This document shows positions 58,785-64,000 of a stretch of DNA of 64,000 bases, piece by piece; position 1 is the first letter of the stretch, and the number at the start of each line of letters is the position of its first letter. A program made the position numbers and the translations under genes. This DNA is from Epithemia pelagica (taxonomy: Eukaryota; Protista; Bacillariophyta): contig OX337230.1 in NCBI GenBank assembly GCA_946965045.2, positions 3,410,001 through 3,474,000 on the forward strand. Direction: 5' to 3'. The notes below the pieces were generated by a model, which saw nothing but the letters and a program-made list of their open reading frames with translations, was not told the origin of the DNA and did not search any database.

Positions 58785-61153
58785 TCAAGCCTTTTCCTTC
58801 TTACTCGCCGCCTTGTTCGTGGCCGAGACCGCGGCGTTGACGGAGCGTTGTAATTTCTCAAGACGTTCCTCCAACGAGGATTTGAGAGTACCAAACTTCG
58901 ATCTAGGAGTCGCAAAACGAATCAAATGCTCATGCAAGATGAGCGCGATTTTGGGGTGACCGCTGAACTCAGCCGCCCTGTATTCCTTCATCACGTCGTG
59001 CGCCTTCAGCGTGCCCCACAACATGCCCGCCGGAGTATTTGACGCTCGGCCCGGTGCTCGTGCCTCCCTGAGGCTTTTGAATACCGCCCGAACGCAATGC
59101 GAAATGAGGATCCAGACCTCTTGTTCGCTGGCCTCACTTTCCGTCTGGACCTGACGATGGTACCGGACCATCCAATGACAGAGATCATCCCAAAACGCTT
59201 TGCTTAAATGAAGCATCTCCTTGGCCACGCTCGATGGTGCAGTTCCAAACGCAAACAATTCACCGATTGCTTGTTCAAGAGTTTGCCTTCCATCTCTGAC
59301 GTGATCAAGAATCCGTTGATGGATGCCCTCACGACCGGACGGAGGATGAAAATCTTCGAATTTCGGAACTCCACCCAGAGCTCGAGAGTTGGTGGTTTGA
59401 CTCTGGTCAGTTCCCTTACCCAATAGAGGAGGTACGTCTAAGTTGAATGACGCGATGTAGGCGGTGTGATAAGACGTCTTGTCTCTCACTTTGTGCCGTC
59501 CTTGCGCGCTTGTTTGCAGCACGTTCTTCGTCCAAACTCATGTCCGAAGTTGCTAAAGACAGCAACGATACGGCATCCACAAAAACATGAGGATCACTCT
59601 CAGCATGATGCAGCGCGAGCCAAGACACACAAAAGGTACGAGACGGGAAGACAATGGAGCCCACAGTAATCGCTTCATTGTCCACCTGCTCTTGCAGATC
59701 ACTCATCCCCATCTTCAACTCCTGCATCTCTTCTTTCATCCGCCGCAATTCAGCCAATGCGTCTGCAAACGCCGAGCCGCTCGAACTAGGTGGAGACATT
59801 GCCGTGGACCCTGTTGGAGCACTCACAGCAGCCCCCACTGTACCTCCACCCGACATCCAACCAAAACTTCCAACACCGCCAGACAACAATCCACCAGCTG
59901 TCGTGGGTGCTGCCGCCGCATTTCCTCGTTCCATCGCTTCCACTCGAGATTGAAGACTCGCTAACATCTGTGCCCACTTCCCTCCGGGATCCGCATTCGA
60001 ACTTGACAAACGCGACAACAACGACAAGGTGGGGTTCACAAACTGCTGACGAAAGTCGCTCTTTTCTTCAAAAAACTTGTCCAGCTCAACTTGCACGATC
60101 ATCCTAGCGGAACCCTTCACGGCATCCAACTTCTGTTCCAGTGCTTCAAACTTGGCTACGAGGCCTGGATCAGTCTTCTGTTTGCTCTGCTGTTGATCCA
60201 ACAAATCTTGAACCGTTTGTAAGGTTTCCATACAATGCTTGAGGACCGAGAACGCCAAACCTGTTCCAAATTCTTCAGGACGAACGCCTAATAAGGCATG
60301 CAACACCGACATCTTCACATTCAACTGTTCAATGGCCTCCTCCTGCAATTCTTCAACTACCTTCCGCTTGTGGGAAACCCGCTGACAGTCGGCCTTAAGA
60401 TGATTCACGTTCTCTACCAGATTACTCCACGCTCCTCCTTGGAGCACCTTGACCAAAGGAGTAGCTTGCTGCGAACCAATATCCAAAGGAACCTCCTTCC
60501 ACGGGATCGAAGAACGCCCAGCTGGAGTTCGAAGTTGTACACCTTCCAGAACCTCCATTTCGTCTTCGTCATCACTATCATTACTAGAAACGGTTTCCAC
60601 CTTTACACGCTTACTGGGCTTAGGCGTCATAGCAGCAAACCTGACTTCACCCTTCGTGTTGGCTATAACCTTTGCTGCAATAGTGGGATCGACACTCTCG
60701 CCTTCCTCGGATGCAACCTGACGCAGAGAGGCAAATGTGGCCTGCCAACTCTCGAGGGATCGCGGACTGAGCTCCATCTCACTCCAATCCACGTCACGGA
60801 GACAAGATCCGGGAAGAATTGGTTGACAGAACACGGTATCCGCGGTGTCCGAATTCTATGTTCCACTTCCGCCCCGAATAAAGATAAATGTGGCTTCGTC
60901 CCCCACCAGAGACGCCCAATCTTGCTTGCGGGCCGAATGTGAAGCGATTGAACAGTCCGAGCGAACACACACACGCTGCCCAGTCCCAATAATGCCCCGA
61001 CACGCCGTCTCAAAACTAGCTTGTTCAATACGAACAATACCGTAGAGAGAACCCGAACGAAGGGTCCCCCCCCCCCCCCCCGGTCACAACAGACTCACCT
61101 GACAACCCCACAGAGGGTGAAGAATCCGGAGTACTTCCCCACTCAAACTTCAT
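58785..61153 (-). pseudogene. gag-like ORF1 of Ngaro copy 1 (CCCH motif, coiled coils), with frameshifts at the G16 tract and ~59500 and a stop near 60853
   Basis: ATG at 61153 (MKFEWGSTP). ACRGIIGTGQRVCVRSDCSIASH. Colinear with the copy-2 ORF at 61897 onward. Confidence 0.8.
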
Positions 61154-61626
61154 GACGAACAATGACAAGGATGAGGTGGATGGCACGGTCGACAGGGAGA
61201 AACACCAAAACCGAAGCGAAAGAAGCGAATTCACAGAACCAATGGGTGATCAGATCCTTGATGACTGTGCTCCTCTTCTTTCCAACAATTTATGATTGCT
61301 GAACTTTTGTTGGGACGGTCATAGGGAATGACCGTCCCAACCAACTCTTACTCTTGAGATCTCGTTGGGATCGATGTCCTCTTCATCGTTCGTCCGTCGG
61401 TCCCTTCTTGACCGGCGCAGTACGATGCGGGGTATGTCGAAACGAGGTGCATCGGTGGTACTCGAAAACTGCTAACAGGGCCTCAAGGCAAATGGCGTTA
61501 AATCATGAAATGATTTTTGTGCGACCTATACTGTACGTATTTGTATTGTACTTAAGTCGAACCGATGACTGGGTGTATCGATGTCCGTTCCAAAAATTTC
61601 GGTCGGGCGCGAAGACTAAAATTTGA

Positions 61627-64000
61627 TACCGCATCGTACCGCCCCCGGTCAAGAAGGGACCGACAGACGAACAAGGAAAGGTCATTGCACCCAAAAGTCT
61701 CCCAATGCAAGACAACGTCGGTTGGGCGGTCATTCTATGAACGGTCCCAACAGAACTTTGACGATTCATAAATCGTCGGAAAGAAGAAGTGAACGGGTCA
61801 TCAAGGATCTGATCACCCATTGGTTCCGTATATATTTTTCTTTCGGTTTGGTTTGCTTGTCTTGTCGGCCGTGCCAACCACCTCAAGTGTTCTGCCATGA
61901 CGTTTGAGTGGGGAGGAACTCCGGATTCCTCACCTTCTGTGGGGTTGTCAGGTGAGTCGAGTGTTAGTGGCAGTGTGACCGGGGGGGGGGGGGGGGGGGG
62001 GGGGGGCTTCGTTCGGGTTCTCTCTTCGGTGTCGTTCGGTTTGATCAGTCTTCTTTCGAGACTGTATGTCGAGGGTTTGTGGGCGCTGGGCAGCGCGTGT
62101 GTGTTCGGTCAGAATGTTCCATCGCGTCGCATTCGCAACGCAAACAAGACTGGGCTTCTCTGTTTGGAGATGAGACCACTGGGGTAACTATCCGTGGTTC
62201 AAGTGGGTCTGCATCTTCCGATGCTTTGGGTACCGTCTTCTGTACACCTGTCCTAGCCGGCTCCTGTTTGAGAGGAATTGATTGGACTGAGATGGAGTTA
62301 AGCCCCCAAAGCTTAGAAAGTTGGCAAGCAACGTTTTCTACTCTACAGAAGGCTGCTTCCGAGTCTGAGGACGGAGTGGATCCAACCATGGCGGCGCTGG
62401 TGATGGAGTCAACCAAGACAGCGGTGGATTTCACTATGACGCCGGGAAGGAAGCGGCAAGCCGTCGTGGTCGAAACAGTGTCGGAGGAGGATGAAGACGT
62501 AACCACTGTCAGGACCCCCAAGATGAAACGACAGGAGATGCCTTGGAATGAGGTGCCCCTTGACATTGGCAACTCACAGCCCACTCCCACGGTGAAGGTC
62601 TTGCAGACTGGTGCATGGAGTAGTTTGGTGGAGAATGTAAATTTGTTGCGAGAAAATCATGACCGAGAAGTTTCGGATTGGCGTGAGGCAGAAGTAACGC
62701 TGGAGGAACAACTGGAGAAGATGCAAGTCAAGGTGTCAGTGTTGCACGAACTGTTGGGCAAGCGCCCAGAGCAGTTTGGGACGCGGTCCGCTTTTCAGTT
62801 ATTGGAGGTTATCATGACCACTGTATCCGCTTTGGAACAGATGGTGTTGGAACGGACGACGGATAGCAAACCACCCACGAATGTCGAGGACAGAATGAAC
62901 AAGCTGGATAGTCAAGTCGAAGAACTATCAAGCTGTCTTAAGAGTTCGGTTCGTGCGGCATTGAATGGTTTTCTGGGCGATGATTCGACCGAGTTTCGCA
63001 GGCAGTTTGTGAATCCCACGCTCACTTTGTTATCGAAGTCGTCGGCCTCGAATGCCAATCCCGGAGGCAAGTGGGAGCAGTTGCTTGAGAAGTTGCAGGA
63101 CAGAATGAAGTCGTTGGAAAAGAAGGTTTTGCGAACAAGTGTAGATTCGACAAGCAGGGCTGGGACTAACACAGGAGGATCAATGGGTAGCATGTTTTCC
63201 TGGTTGTCAGTCGGACCGGATGTGGACAGTCAAGCAGCGAATCGGTGGGGTTCCTCGTCAGGAGTTGGAGTCAGATTCGAAGATTCCGTGGCCGATGGGG
63301 CTCGGAATGATATTTCAATGCTGAAAGAAGAGTTGCGTCAGATGCGTGCCGAACTGCACGACTTGCAGGAACAGGCGGATTCCCATTCAATCACCATTGG
63401 GTCGCTTGTTTTTCCGTCAAGGGCCCATTGTGTGACTTGGTTAGCCTTGCACAATGCAACGGCCAATCCACATGTCTTTGTGGACGCAATATCTCTGTTG
63501 TCACTTGCAACCTCCGATGCCAGCCCTGACGAGGAGAAAGCGGCGAATCAGCGAGCGACGACAGCCAAGGTTCGCGATAAGACGCCATATCACATAGCGT
63601 ATATCGCGTCGTTTAACTTGGAGGTCCCGCCATTGCTTGGCAAAGGCTCCGATCAGTCGATGACTACAAATTCGAGAGCTTTGGGCGGTGAGCTTTGGGC
63701 GGTGTACCCAAGTTTGAAGATTTTCATCCTCCGTCGGGCCGCGAAGGTATCCACCAACGCATATGGGATCATGTAAAGGATGGCTCTTTGACGATTCAAC
63801 AGGCGGTGGGAGAGTTGTTTGCGTTTGGTACCGAACCATCCAGTGTGGCCAAGGAGTTGCTGCTGTTAAGCAAAACCTTTTGGGATGAACTGTGCCATTG
63901 GATGGTTCGGTATCATGCACAGGTGCAGGCCGAAAGCGAGGCGAGCGAGCAAGAGGTGTGGATATTGATATCCCATTGCGTCCGTGCCGTTCTTAAGAGT
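61627..64000 (+). mobile_element. Second, diverged Ngaro-type element (A repeat plus gag-like ORF1), running off the window
   Basis: 61627-61843 is a diverged reverse complement of the A repeat. ORF1 starts at 61897 (MTFEWGGTP), with a G26 tract at 61981-62006 and a 14-bp duplication GAGCTTTGGGCGGT at 63676-63703 that causes a frameshift. Confidence 0.9.

Larger units (their letters stand above)
51224..61434 (-). mobile_element. Ngaro-type (DIRS order) tyrosine-recombinase retrotransposon with split direct repeats, decayed
   Basis: On the minus strand: A1(61430-61219), gag, pol, YR, B1(55110-54705), [pogo], A2(52508-52294), B2(52269-51865), A3(51864-51650), B3(51629-51224). RT, RNase H and YR motifs present. 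Confidence 0.9.
50491..61497. mobile_element. piggyBac-like non-autonomous element (~800 bp: 50491-51225 plus 61435-61497) split by the Ngaro insertion
   Basis: TTAA at 50487-50490 and 61498-61501. Terminal CGCCATT / AATGGCG. Internal inverted repeat CGAGTA(T/C)CAC..ATGCACCTC set off by a 6-bp spacer on the left and a 26-bp spacer on the right. Multiple CGAGGTGCA motifs. Confidence 0.75.

Overview
Eukaryotic window, most likely a pennate diatom (inferred from compact genes, short GT-AG introns, CAA/Gln-Thr-rich low-complexity ORFs and the TE types; the species cannot be named). Host genes: a TPR protein, a 2-TM protein, an RluA-type pseudouridine synthase, three CAP-domain genes plus a fragment, two ZupT/ZIP transporters flanking a p24/GOLD gene, a multi-TM possibly rhomboid-like protein, and a duplicated gene of unknown family. 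Two spliced microprotein genes that the ORF track misses share a highly conserved 26-aa C-terminal motif, RHTExTWExYGFxKKECGWGAWYLVP. Roughly half the window is TE-derived: a 3.4-kb TIR cargo element, a hAT with a nested pogo-type MITE, a decayed DDE element with a convergent second gene, and a MITE family with roughly 10-bp TSDs. At the right end is a three-level nest: a TTAA-flanked piggyBac-like element contains a Ngaro-type tyrosine-recombinase retrotransposon, which contains a pogo carrying a HIRAN-like second ORF. A second Ngaro-type copy sits head-to-head beside it. The Ngaro-type pol ORF begins with what looks like a degenerate C5-DNA-methyltransferase fold. All protein family calls are motif recognition by eye, not database searches.
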